A stretch of 64,000 nt of DNA from an uncultured Spirochaetota bacterium. GTDB taxonomy: Bacteria; Spirochaetota; Brevinematia; Brevinematales; JAOACQ01. Positions within the stretch are counted from its first letter, which is position 1. Every line of letters begins with the position of its first letter. The notes beneath the pieces were generated by a model. That model did not search any database, was not told the DNA's origin, and worked only from the letters and a program-made list of their open reading frames with translations. This document shows, piece by piece, positions 1-9,259 of the stretch. A program made the translations under genes and the position numbers. Where the stretch lies: NCBI GenBank assembly GCA_963835575.1, contig CAWIGG010000002.1, positions 1,952,001-2,016,000 on the forward strand, read 5' to 3'.

Positions 1-4
1 GCTG

Positions 5-814
5 ATGCTGGCAAAAGTTTATTACCAGCTGGGCGAATACCAGAAATCCCTTAAGGAGCTGAAGAAATTCTTTGAAGTAAACGAGGAAGTGTCCCTGACG
101 CTCGGCAGCGAAACTTCCCTGCTTTTGGCGGATAACTATATCGCCGTAAAACGGTACAGCGACGCCGTCATGTCATTAAAACCGCAATTGAGGGACAATA
201 ATGTTTCGGGCATCGTATTGCTGAAGATAGTGACATGCCTGATCAAAGACAATAAATCCGAAGAAGCGATAGCGCTGACGGACGACTACCTCCTCCGTAT
301 GCCGGCCCAGGAAAGATGCGGCATCCTCTACGCGATCGGACTGGCATACAGGGACACCGGGGAAATTTATAAAGCGCTATTGGTCTGGAAGGCCGCGTAT
401 GAAATTAATCCGAAATACCTGGATATCAACGATATATTTACCCATTACAGCAAGTTGATAAATAATCCATGGCTTGAGAATTATTATACGACAAATGACG
501 TTATTTTTGAGAAATACACAAGGAAGAAGCTGAATATTCTTATGCAGGAAAATCTGATAGAAAAGCAGAAAGAGTTCTGGATTTTTAAAAACGGGAACGG
601 CTGTTCCATCCTTTACAGGCCGCCGGAGATCATGAGCCTGCACACGCTGGAAAGGATCGAGGATTATTTCAACAGGACCGGTTATTCCAATATCTCCATC
701 GACCTTTATACGCTTTTCGGGGTGGACCTGGACGGAAGGACAAAGAGCCTTTTTTATAAAAAAATAAAGGAATTCTCGGAAAATGATTTTCTGCAGGTAT
801 TTAGTAAAGATTAG
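5..814 (+). CDS. TPR-repeat protein, C-terminal part (probably truncated at window start)
   Basis: TPR-like helices LAKVYYQLGEYQKS and LYAIGLAYRDTGEIYKAL..AYEINPKY. Confidence 0.75.
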   Translation: MLAKVYYQLGEYQKSLKELKKFFEVNEEVSLTLGSETSLLLADNYIAVKRYSDAVMSLKPQLRDNNVSGIVLLKIVTCLIKDNKSEEAIALTDDYLLRMPAQERCGILYAIGLAYRDTGEIYKALLVWKAAYEINPKYLDINDIFTHYSKLINNPWLENYYTTNDVIFEKYTRKKLNILMQENLIEKQKEFWIFKNGNGCSILYRPPEIMSLHTLERIEDYFNRTGYSNISIDLYTLFGVDLDGRTKSLFYKKIKEFSENDFLQVFSKD

Positions 815-854
815 ACCGGCTGAAAAAAAAAGAAAAAGCGGGAGGAAATAGCTT

Positions 855-1553
855 ATGCTGAAAAGAAGAATACTCATTGTGGAAGACGAGATCATGATAG
901 CGAGGGAAATAGAAAAACTGCTCGGGAACCTCGGTTATGAGACGGCTGAAATCGCCGGATCGGGTGTGGAGGCCCTTGAGGAAGTAAAAAAAGGAAATAT
1001 CGACCTGATCCTGATGGATATAGTCATCAAAGGAGAACAGGACGGGATACAGACGGCGCAGATTATACGGAAGGATTTTGATATTCCGGTCATTTTCCTG
1101 ACCGCGTATTTCGATGATAATACACGGGAACGGGCCAAACTGGCGGAACCATTCGGGTATATCATAAAGCCGGTCCAGAAGAGGGAACTGCAGATAGCGA
1201 TTGAAATGGCGTTTTATAAGCATCAGGCGGACACTCTGGTAATAAAAGAAAGGGAATGGCTCTACACCGTCATAGACAGCATCAAGGACGGCCTGATAGC
1301 CGTGGATACCGGCGATAAGATCAAGTTCATCAATACGCAGGCCGCGTCGCTCTGCGGGTACAGCCCGGAAGAAGCGGCCGGGAAAGAAGTGGGAGATATC
1401 CTGAAGATGAAGATAAGCGATTCAAGCGATTCGATAGGAAAAGCGTCGCTGATCCAGAAAAACGGTGAAAAAAAGAGCATATCCTATTTCCTGAAAGACA
1501 CTTTTGATAAAAAAGGAGAACGCATAGGCTCGGTGATATTTTTTAATATTTAA
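855..1553 (+). CDS. Response regulator, REC plus PAS, no output domain
   Basis: ILIVEDE, DLILMDI, FLTA, YIIKP receiver motifs; SIKDGLIAVD..IKFIN..A..LCGY PAS; GGAGG RBS. Confidence 0.9.
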   Translation: MLKRRILIVEDEIMIAREIEKLLGNLGYETAEIAGSGVEALEEVKKGNIDLILMDIVIKGEQDGIQTAQIIRKDFDIPVIFLTAYFDDNTRERAKLAEPFGYIIKPVQKRELQIAIEMAFYKHQADTLVIKEREWLYTVIDSIKDGLIAVDTGDKIKFINTQAASLCGYSPEEAAGKEVGDILKMKISDSSDSIGKASLIQKNGEKKSISYFLKDTFDKKGERIGSVIFFNI

Positions 1554-1568
1554 AACTTTATGAAATAA

Positions 1569-1784
1569 GGGCAGTTCCATCCCTCACCATTTTGTAAGCC
1601 CGCCTTGAAGCAATCCAAAATGGTGAGGGAGGAACTGCCCCGGTTATAGAATCTCTTGTAAATTTAATTGGCGCTACCGTATAGAGTTCGCTGGTTGATG
1701 ATCTTTTCAGACAGCGAACTCGGGCGGTAGCATGAACTCATATAATAGCGGCAGTTCTAAATATTTGAGTTTTTAGAACTGCCC
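1569..1784. repeat. Composite palindromic element (GGGCAGTTC cassette, hairpin spacer, GGCAGTTCT cassette); second copy at 34709-34912
   Basis: 1631-1784 aligns closely with 34759-34912; stems GCTACCG/CGGTAGC and GAGTTCGCTG/CAGCGAACTC. Confidence 0.85.
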
Positions 1785-1951
1785 ATAGTAAATAATTAAT
1801 AATGATGCTTTATAAAAATTTAAAAAGCCTCCTATAAAGAAATATGTGAAAAGGAAAAAGCTCCCTGAGCGTTGTCTGCCGGCTAAAATGCATTTCAAAA
1901 GATGACAGGCTCATTGCATCGCTCATAGAGCGCTCTTTTCACACAGCCTGC

Positions 1952-2032
1952 GGGCTCACCAATCAAGCCTGTCGAACCATTGCTTCGCACTATAGTAATC
2001 GTCGAAGGATAAAACCAGCCGCTCGCAATGAC
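1952..2032. repeat. REP-like motifs GGGCTCACCA..AAGCCTGTCGAA and TTGCTTCGC..CTCGCAATGAC
   Basis: First motif recurs at 19549, 53041 and 59143; second matches the right half of 41745-41892. Confidence 0.65.
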
Positions 2033-2059
2033 AGCGGGGCCAGGGTATAAAAGTTATCG

Positions 2060-2096
2060 TTGACTTTACGTATAATCTATGTTATTATTATACGTA
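2060..2096 (+). promoter_or_regulatory. Sigma70-type promoter with overlapping inverted-repeat operator of the TA operon
   Basis: TTGACT(2060)-17 nt-TATTAT; TACGTATAAT (2067-2076) / ATTATACGTA (2087-2096). Confidence 0.65.
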
Positions 2097-2108
2097 CAGG
2101 AGTGAAAT

Positions 2109-2360
2109 ATGGAAACCAAACTCACTTTAAAACTCAACCAGGATGTAATAGAGAATGCCCGGAAATACTCAAAAGCCCACCACAGAAGTTTGTCCGGTTT
2201 AGTCGAAGCATATTTTCGCCGTTTGGGTAATTTGAATAAGGACCTGCCGCCGGTTGAATTGTCGCCGGTAGTGAAGGTTTTGTCCGGAGTACTCAAAGAA
2301 TCAGATATCGAAAACTGGAAAGATGGATACACGGATTGGTTGAAAAAAAAATATGAATAA
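2109..2360 (+). CDS. Antitoxin, DUF6364/RHH-like
   Basis: METKLTLKL..VIE.AR.YSK....SLS.LVE.YF pattern; overlaps PIN gene. Confidence 0.8.
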   Translation: METKLTLKLNQDVIENARKYSKAHHRSLSGLVEAYFRRLGNLNKDLPPVELSPVVKVLSGVLKESDIENWKDGYTDWLKKKYE

Positions 2361-2781
2361 AGAAAAGGTCCTGGTCGATACGGATATTGTCCTGGACCTT
2401 CTTGTCCAGCGCAAACCGTTTTTCGATGCCGCGGCTTCATTATTTTCATTGGCTGATACCGGCAAAATCATGCTTTTCATTACTCCTGTACTTCTTTCAA
2501 ATCTATATTACATTCTTGGCAAAACCTTCGGGAAGGAAAAAGCGGGAAAACTTATTCAGACACTACGGCTGGTGGTATCAATAGCGGGTATTGACCAGGT
2601 AATAGTTGACCGGACGTTGTCTTCAGAATTTAAGGATTTTGAAGACGGGCTCCAGTATTTTGCGGCAGTTCAGGCCGGATGCGGTGTTCTCCTGACGAGA
2701 AATATCAAGGATTATGAAAGTTCGCTGATTGCCGTAATGACCGCGGAAGAATGGCTGTCTTCGAGAAGTGATAATTCTTAG
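2353..2781 (+). CDS. PIN-domain (VapC-like) toxin
   Basis: VLVDTDIVLD, DFEDGLQY, LLTRNIKDY. Confidence 0.9.
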   Translation: MNKEKVLVDTDIVLDLLVQRKPFFDAAASLFSLADTGKIMLFITPVLLSNLYYILGKTFGKEKAGKLIQTLRLVVSIAGIDQVIVDRTLSSEFKDFEDGLQYFAAVQAGCGVLLTRNIKDYESSLIAVMTAEEWLSSRSDNS

Positions 2782-3036
2782 AGTTCAATCCTTGTTTTCT
2801 TATTCTTCTCAGCGTGCAAATAATTACGTTTAGTTAAGTGGTTCCATCCTTGATATAATATTTATTCCTAATCCTGCGTTCTCCCCCAATGTAATACAAA
2901 TTAATTTGCAACTAATTAAAAAATTTCTATTGCCTATTATTCAATCGGGGGGTACAATATCTCTGAACAATAAATCTTTATGATTGTCCTTATCTAAATA
3001 TTGAGCCGATGACAAATATTTAAAAGGGAGGTCATT

Positions 3037-3780
3037 ATGAAAATCCAGAAAGGCTGGGAACCGTTTTCATTTGTGAAAAGGTCCAGGGTCGGAATACTCC
3101 TATCGCAGGGTTTTACGGGGAGCACTTCCAGCGTCATCTATCTCGGGAAAAAGCTCGCCGGAGCGGGCTATAATGTCGAAGGGCCTCGGCTTGCAGGCCA
3201 TGGAACAAGATGGCAGGACCTGATCGGCGTCGGCTACGAAGAATGGATCGATGATGTTGAAAAGGCGTATCAGAAGCTGAAAAAGCGGTGTAAAATCATC
3301 TTTACCGCCGGGCTTTCCATGGGCGGCACGCTCGCCCTGCGCCTGGCTGAACTCCATCCGGAGATCAAGGGCGTGATCACTGTAAATCATGCGCTGATCC
3401 TCGATACCCCCCTGTCCCCGATCCTGCCTGTTTTAAAACACATCGTCAAAGATTATCCGGCCATCTCTTCAGATATTAAAGACCCTAAAGAAAAGGAAAT
3501 ATCTTATGACCGGACGCCTCTCTACGGAGTTCATGAGCTCAAGAAGCTGATGAAGGAAACAAGGGAAAATCTTGATTTGATCAGCCAGCCCGTCCTCTTA
3601 TTCAAATCGAAAGAGGACCATGTCCTCTCTATAAAAAACACCGTTTATGCCTATGAAAACATTCCTTCAAAGGAAAAAAAGCTGGTCTGGCTGAATAATT
3701 CCTACCATGTCGCGACAATGGACTTTGACAAGGACATCATCGTCAGGGAAACCCTGAAGTTTATAAAAAAACATGTTTAA
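3037..3780 (+). CDS. Alpha/beta-hydrolase carboxylesterase / monoacylglycerol lipase-like
   Basis: GFTG, LAGHG, GLSMGG nucleophile elbow, EDHV, SYHVAT. Confidence 0.85.
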   Translation: MKIQKGWEPFSFVKRSRVGILLSQGFTGSTSSVIYLGKKLAGAGYNVEGPRLAGHGTRWQDLIGVGYEEWIDDVEKAYQKLKKRCKIIFTAGLSMGGTLALRLAELHPEIKGVITVNHALILDTPLSPILPVLKHIVKDYPAISSDIKDPKEKEISYDRTPLYGVHELKKLMKETRENLDLISQPVLLFKSKEDHVLSIKNTVYAYENIPSKEKKLVWLNNSYHVATMDFDKDIIVRETLKFIKKHV

Positions 3781-3792
3781 CGGAGCGGCCTT

Positions 3793-5292
3793 ATGGAGAA
3801 GAAATACATCGGCGCTATAGACCAGGGAACAACCAGCACACGCTTCGTGCTTTTCGACAGGAACGGACATATTCAGGCGTCCAGCCAGCTGGAACATAAA
3901 CAGATCTATCCGGAGCCCGGCCGTGTGGAGCACAACGCGCTGGAGATCTGGGAAAAAGCCTGCGAGGCCGTTAAAAATACAATGAGCAAAAGCGGTATCA
4001 CCGCCGGCGAGATAGCGGCCGTCGGCATTACCAACCAGAGGGAAACAACCGTCATCTGGGACAAAAACACGGGAAAGCCTTTTTATAACGCCATCGTCTG
4101 GCAGGACACCCGCACAGCGGAAATCTGCGAAAAGCTCGGCGGAAAGGCCGGGCAGGACCGCTTTAAGGACAGGACAGGCCTGCCGCTCGCCACATATTTT
4201 TCAGGCCCGAAAATCCGCTGGATACTGGATAATGTTCCCGAAGCCCGGCAGGCAGTAAAGGAAGGCCGAGCCCTCTTCGGCACGATGGACGCATGGCTGA
4301 TCTGGAAGCTGACGGGGAAGCACATCACCGATGTGTCGAACGCGAGCCGGACGCTCCTCTTTAATATTGAAAAAGTAGCCTGGGATAAAGATATCCTCAA
4401 GATCATGGATATACCCGGCTCCATTCTTCCCGAAGTCCGTCCGTCGAGCGATCCGGATGTGTACGGCTATACCGATCCGTCCGGCCCTTTCGGCGGTAAA
4501 ATTCCCCTCACCGGCTGTCTGGGCGATCAGCAGGCGGCCCTTTTCGGTCAAACCTGTTACTCTCCGGGAGAGGCAAAGAATACCTACGGGACGGGATGTT
4601 TTCTTCTTCTCAATACCGGCGAGAAGCCTATTCTTTCAAAATACGGCCTCTTGACAACCATCGGATATAAAATCGGGAAAAACAAGCCGGTCTATGCGCT
4701 GGAAGGGTCCGTCGCAATAGCCGGCTCGCTCGTACAGTGGGCACGCGACAAACTTAATATAATAAGCTCCGCGCCGGAAATAGACACACTGGCGGGAAGC
4801 GTTCCGGACAACGGCGGCGTTTATTATGTTCCGGCGTTTTCCGGATTGTTCGCCCCGCGCTGGCGGACCGACGCTCGGGGCCTTATCATCGGACTGACCC
4901 ATTACGCCGGAAAAGGCCAGCTGGCGCGCGCCATCCTCGAAGCCACAGCTTACCAGACGCGCGAGGTTTTCGAGGCCATGGAAAAGGACTCGGGGATAAA
5001 GCTGAAAAGCCTTAAAGTGGACGGGGGAATGACCGCCAGCGAGCTCCTGATGCAGTTCCAGGCGGATATATTGAACATACCTGTATTGAGACCTGCTGTT
5101 ACGGAAACAACTGTACTCGGAGCGGCTTATGCCGCGGGACTGGCAGTCGGGTTCTGGAAGGACCTGGACAACCTCCGTAAAAACTGGGAAGTCAATAAGG
5201 AATGGAAGCCCGGAATGGATGAGGCAGAAAGACAGAGGCTTTATCACTTCTGGCTCAAAGCCGTGGAAAGGACTTTAAACTGGGTGGAATGA
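3793..5292 (+). CDS. glpK: Glycerol kinase
   Basis: IDQGTTSTR, ITNQRETT, WQDTRT, GDQQAALFGQ, KNTYGTGCF, VDGGM. Confidence 0.98.
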   Translation: MEKKYIGAIDQGTTSTRFVLFDRNGHIQASSQLEHKQIYPEPGRVEHNALEIWEKACEAVKNTMSKSGITAGEIAAVGITNQRETTVIWDKNTGKPFYNAIVWQDTRTAEICEKLGGKAGQDRFKDRTGLPLATYFSGPKIRWILDNVPEARQAVKEGRALFGTMDAWLIWKLTGKHITDVSNASRTLLFNIEKVAWDKDILKIMDIPGSILPEVRPSSDPDVYGYTDPSGPFGGKIPLTGCLGDQQAALFGQTCYSPGEAKNTYGTGCFLLLNTGEKPILSKYGLLTTIGYKIGKNKPVYALEGSVAIAGSLVQWARDKLNIISSAPEIDTLAGSVPDNGGVYYVPAFSGLFAPRWRTDARGLIIGLTHYAGKGQLARAILEATAYQTREVFEAMEKDSGIKLKSLKVDGGMTASELLMQFQADILNIPVLRPAVTETTVLGAAYAAGLAVGFWKDLDNLRKNWEVNKEWKPGMDEAERQRLYHFWLKAVERTLNWVE

Positions 5293-5309
5293 TGTTTTGG
5301 TTTTACGGA

Positions 5310-5546
5310 TAATCCGCTAATGCACGCGAATAAACGCGAAGTGAGGCCGGGAACGGAAAACCACGAATAACACGAATTAGCACAAATAGGTTAATAAAAT
5401 CACTAATTATCCTCAAGGAGGACCGGGTAATCCGCTAATACACGCGAATTGACAAATAGAATAACTTATAAAGAAAATATTTTTACTTGGCGTGTCTTCG
5501 CGTGGCTTAGCGGAAGATCAAACTTGAGTAATCCGCTAATATACGA
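5310..5546 (+). repeat. Triple-unit inverted-arm element, CGCTAA/CGCGAA subfamily, with extra left arms at 5425 and 5528
   Basis: TAATCCGCTAATGCACGCGAATAAACGCGAA ... TTGGCGTGTCTTCGCGTGGCTTAGCGGA; homologous to 7067, 11890, 52851. Confidence 0.9.
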
Positions 5547-5603
5547 TAAGGGGTTAAGATTATTGAAATTGATTCACGGGAGAAAATCCAATAAGGATCA
5601 ATT

Positions 5604-7052
5604 ATGATCGATAAAGCATACGACTTCATCATCATCGGCGGCGGCATCGCGGGCGTCATGACAGCCAGGGAATTGTCACGCTATAACTGCGGCGTCCTGC
5701 TGATTGAAAAGGAACCGGACATCGGCATGGGCGCCAGCTCGGCAAACAGCGCCATCATCCACTCCGGTTATGACCCTAAGCCCGGCACGCTTAAGGCCGA
5801 TATGAACGTTCAGGGCAATAAGCTCTGGGACCAGCTTTCGGCTGAGCTGGATATACCTTTTAAAAGGACCGGCAGTTATGTCGTTTCCATCGGAGCGCAG
5901 GAATTCAATGAACTGGACAGGCTGTACCAGAAGGGGATCACGAACGGCGTACCTGGCCTCCGCATCCTGCAAAAGCATGAATTCCTCACAAAAGAACCCC
6001 TGATCAATCCGGAAGCCACGGGCGCCCTTTACGCGCCTTCCGCCGGCGTGATCGACCCATTCCGGTCAGTAACGGCGGCGGCTGAAAACGCTGTTCTGAA
6101 CGGCGTTCTTCTTCTCACAGAAACATGCTTTGAGGATTTTATAATAGAAAATAAAGTCGTAATCGGAATTAAAACAAACCGGGGCGGATTTCTAAGCCGC
6201 TGGGTTATTAACTGCGCGGGAGCATTTTCAGATGAGATCATGCACAAAGCCGGCGTCAGGACGGATTATCACATTACCCCCCGCCGTGGGGAATACCTCA
6301 TATTCGACGCGGAGAAAATCAGCCTCAACAATGTTCTTTTTCCGGTACCCTCGGAGAAAAGCAAGGGAACGCTGGTATCGACCACAACGCACGGCAACGT
6401 CATGATCGGCCCGAACGCTCATGAGGCGGAAGAGAAAGATGATACGGCGACAACGGCCGAAGGCTTTAATGAAGTGATAGAAAACGCGAAAAAGCTCGTG
6501 CCCTCCATAAACCCGGCGGACGTCATAGCGGAATTCGCCGGCATACGGGCCACCGGCAGTAATAAGGATTTTATCATTGAGATTCCGGATGAAGTAAAAG
6601 GCCTTGTCAATCTGACAGGGATCGATTCGCCGGGGCTGGCGAGCGCGCCGGCGATAGCATGCAGAGTTGTCGAACTTCTCCGGGAAAAGGGCGAAAAATT
6701 TACCGGCAGAAAGAAGTTCAATCCTGTCCGGAAGGCCCCGCCCTGTTTTCATAAGCTTTCGCACCGGGAGAAAGCGGAGCTTGTGATGAATAATCCCGCT
6801 TACGGCAGGATCGTCTGCCGGTGCGAGGAGATCACAGAAGGAGAGGTAATCGACGCCATCCGTTCGCCCGTGCCGGCCCGGACTTATGACGGAATAAAAA
6901 GGCGGACATGGCTCGGGACGGGGCGCTGCCAGGGCAGCTTCGATTATCCCCGGGTGATCGGGATTTTAGCGCATGAGCTCGGCATCCCCGCGGCTGAAGT
7001 CACAAAGAAGAGAAAAGGTTCGGAATTCATTTTCCGGCACACGAAGGATTAA
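5604..7052 (+). CDS. FAD-dependent glycerol-3-phosphate dehydrogenase-like subunit with C-terminal BFD-like [2Fe-2S] domain
   Basis: IIGGGIAG, ANSAIIHSG, SPGLASAPAIA, VCRCEEIT, GRCQG; follows glpK. Confidence 0.9.
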   Translation: MIDKAYDFIIIGGGIAGVMTARELSRYNCGVLLIEKEPDIGMGASSANSAIIHSGYDPKPGTLKADMNVQGNKLWDQLSAELDIPFKRTGSYVVSIGAQEFNELDRLYQKGITNGVPGLRILQKHEFLTKEPLINPEATGALYAPSAGVIDPFRSVTAAAENAVLNGVLLLTETCFEDFIIENKVVIGIKTNRGGFLSRWVINCAGAFSDEIMHKAGVRTDYHITPRRGEYLIFDAEKISLNNVLFPVPSEKSKGTLVSTTTHGNVMIGPNAHEAEEKDDTATTAEGFNEVIENAKKLVPSINPADVIAEFAGIRATGSNKDFIIEIPDEVKGLVNLTGIDSPGLASAPAIACRVVELLREKGEKFTGRKKFNPVRKAPPCFHKLSHREKAELVMNNPAYGRIVCRCEEITEGEVIDAIRSPVPARTYDGIKRRTWLGTGRCQGSFDYPRVIGILAHELGIPAAEVTKKRKGSEFIFRHTKD

Positions 7053-7066
7053 AACAAAACTACGGA

Positions 7067-7224
7067 GGGTAATCCGCTAATGCACGCGAATGAACGCGAA
7101 GGAAAACTGGGAACGGAAAATTACAAATAACATAAATTAACTCGAATAAATTGGGATTGTGGATGACCTCAAAGGTTTTTAAGCAAATTTAACTTAGCGT
7201 GTCTTCGCGTGGCTTAGCGGAAGA
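7067..7224 (+). repeat. Triple-unit inverted-arm element, CGCTAA/CGCGAA subfamily (about 155 bp)
   Basis: Aligns over its full length with the reverse complement of 52851-53005. Confidence 0.9.
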
Positions 7225-7280
7225 CCGGATAAACCGCACGAAGAGGGAGTGAGAATAAAAAAGTAAAGTCAGGGGAAGTT

Positions 7281-8567
7281 ATGAAAGACATTTACGATGT
7301 GATCGTTATCGGCGCGGGACCGGCGGGAATGGCCGCAGCGCTGGAAGCGAAGAAAAACGGCGCCCGGGATATTATTATTATCGAAAGAAATAAAGAACCC
7401 GGCGGGATACTGCCCCAGTGCATTCATAACGGCTTCGGTTCAGTCCTTTTTAAAGAAGACCTGCCGGGCCCCGCTTACGCTTACCGGTTTATTGAGGAAG
7501 TCTATAAAAGCGGAATTGAAATTTTAACAGACACATCCGTTCTTGATTTGACCTCTTCGCGGAAGATTTACGCGAACAACACAAATCAGGGCTACATTGA
7601 ACTGAGCGGCAGGGCCGTTGTCCTCGCCATGGGCTGCCGTGAAAGAACAAGAGCGCAGATCCGGATACCGGGCGGGCGGCCGGCCGGCGTTTTTACCGCG
7701 GGCACCGTCCAGAGAATGGTCAATATCGAAAATATGATGCCGGGCAGCCGCTTTGTCATCCTGGGCTCGGGCGATATCGGCATGATCATGGCCAGAAGGC
7801 TGACTTTCGAGGGCGCGCATGTCAAGCGCGTTGTGGAAGCGATGCCTTTCCTGACCGGTCTCAGGCGAAATTACGTTCAGTGCCTTCAGGACTTTGATAT
7901 CAAGCTTGACCTGAGCACTACCATCAATAAAATAATCGGCCGCGACCGCGTGGAAGCGGTACAGACTGTAAAAGTGGACCCGTCGCTCAAGCCGCTGCCG
8001 GGTACGGAGGAAATGATTGAGTGCGACAGCATCCTGATGTCCGTCGGTCTTATTCCTGAAAATGAGCTGTCCAGAAAGGCCGGCGTGGAGATGGACCCGC
8101 TGACGAACGGCCCTCGCGTGGATGAAGTAATGGCGACGAATATCGAGGGAATTTACGCCGCCGGCAATGTTGTGACGATTTATGACGTGGCGGATTATGT
8201 CAGCCTTGCCGGCTATACTGCCGGAAGAAACGCGGCCCTCTTCGCGGCAGTCCCGAAAAGCGCATTAAAAATTCCTTCTCAGATATTAAATGTTAAGGCC
8301 GGGAAGAATGTCAGGAGCGTTATACCGCAGAAGCTCAATCCGGGTAATATCAGGGACAGCGGTTTTATTCTGGAACTTCGCGCCGGCCGGCCCATAGAAA
8401 AAAAGGTTTTAGTTGAGATTTCCGGCGGAAATAGGTCAATAAAATCCTACAGGGAAAATTACGCCAGGCCGGCCGAGATGATCACGATCAATGTCAGGCC
8501 TGGAGAGTGGGACAAAATAAGCCCGGAGGATTCGGAATTATTGGTCAATATAAAAGAAATGGCTTGA
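7281..8567 (+). CDS. FAD/NAD(P)-dependent pyridine nucleotide-disulfide oxidoreductase of the glycerol cluster
   Basis: VIGAGPAG, GGILPQCIHNGFG, AMGCRER, ILGSGDIG. Confidence 0.9.
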   Translation: MKDIYDVIVIGAGPAGMAAALEAKKNGARDIIIIERNKEPGGILPQCIHNGFGSVLFKEDLPGPAYAYRFIEEVYKSGIEILTDTSVLDLTSSRKIYANNTNQGYIELSGRAVVLAMGCRERTRAQIRIPGGRPAGVFTAGTVQRMVNIENMMPGSRFVILGSGDIGMIMARRLTFEGAHVKRVVEAMPFLTGLRRNYVQCLQDFDIKLDLSTTINKIIGRDRVEAVQTVKVDPSLKPLPGTEEMIECDSILMSVGLIPENELSRKAGVEMDPLTNGPRVDEVMATNIEGIYAAGNVVTIYDVADYVSLAGYTAGRNAALFAAVPKSALKIPSQILNVKAGKNVRSVIPQKLNPGNIRDSGFILELRAGRPIEKKVLVEISGGNRSIKSYRENYARPAEMITINVRPGEWDKISPEDSELLVNIKEMA

Positions 8568-8607
8568 AACTGGAACTACAAAGCGGTTGATTCGACAGGG
8601 AGACTAA

Positions 8608-8843
8608 TTTCACAGGAAGACACGAAGGCAGGAAGAGTATAAATAAAAGGTTTATAACAGATTGTTGCTTTATATATAAAAAACACATTTCAATATTTAA
8701 GAAATCCGGAAATAGATTTGGAGGGAATAATATCAAATTATATAACAATCTCCAATGGTTTAATTTAATATTTAATGTTAAGAGGCGTGATAATGGAATT
8801 GAAGGAGAATACGCTCTTCCCGTCTTCGCGTCTTCCTGTGAAA
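8608..8843. repeat. Triple-unit inverted-arm element, 8-bp period subfamily
   Basis: TTTCACAGGAAGACACGAAGGCAGGAAGAG ... CTCTTCCCGTCTTCGCGTCTTCCTGTGAAA; lone related arm near 44131. Confidence 0.85.
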
Positions 8844-8878
8844 AATAATCCTCGCAAGACCTGGTTAAGGAAAATAAA

Positions 8879-9259
8879 ATGGCTGAAAACATTACAAAAA
8901 AATTGATATGCATCCGCTGTCCGAGAGGGTGCGAGATACAGACTTCGCTGGACGGCTACGGTTCCATTGTGTCCATAGAAGGCAATTTCTGCAAACTCGG
9001 CATTGATTACGCCAATAATGAAATAAAGGACCCGCGAAGGACCGTCACAACGACCGTCCGGGTAAAAAACGGCGTTTATCCGCTGGTGAGCGTCTGGACA
9101 ACAAATCCCATCCCGAAGGATAGAATCATGGACCTTCTGGTATTATTAAAAAAAATAGAGCTGGAAGCGCCGGTTGAATTGAGCCGGATTGTGTTAAAAA
9201 ATATATTCGGCCTGGGCATTGATGTTGTGACAAGCGGGAAAACCGAGAGGCTTGCATAA
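8879..9259 (+). CDS. DUF1667 CxxC metal-binding protein of the glycerol cluster
   Basis: ICIRCPRGC, GNFCKLG..YA..E..DPRR.VTTTV. Confidence 0.88.
   Translation: MAENITKKLICIRCPRGCEIQTSLDGYGSIVSIEGNFCKLGIDYANNEIKDPRRTVTTTVRVKNGVYPLVSVWTTNPIPKDRIMDLLVLLKKIELEAPVELSRIVLKNIFGLGIDVVTSGKTERLA

Noticed and set aside
5310..5546. Three TAATCCGCTAAT copies as a possible CRISPR array
   Set aside because: Spacing of ~100-120 bp is too long, copies are degenerate, an inverted arm is present and there are no cas genes.
8545..8913. 122-aa minus-strand ORF
   Set aside because: Spans a repeat element and overlaps two real genes on the opposite strand.
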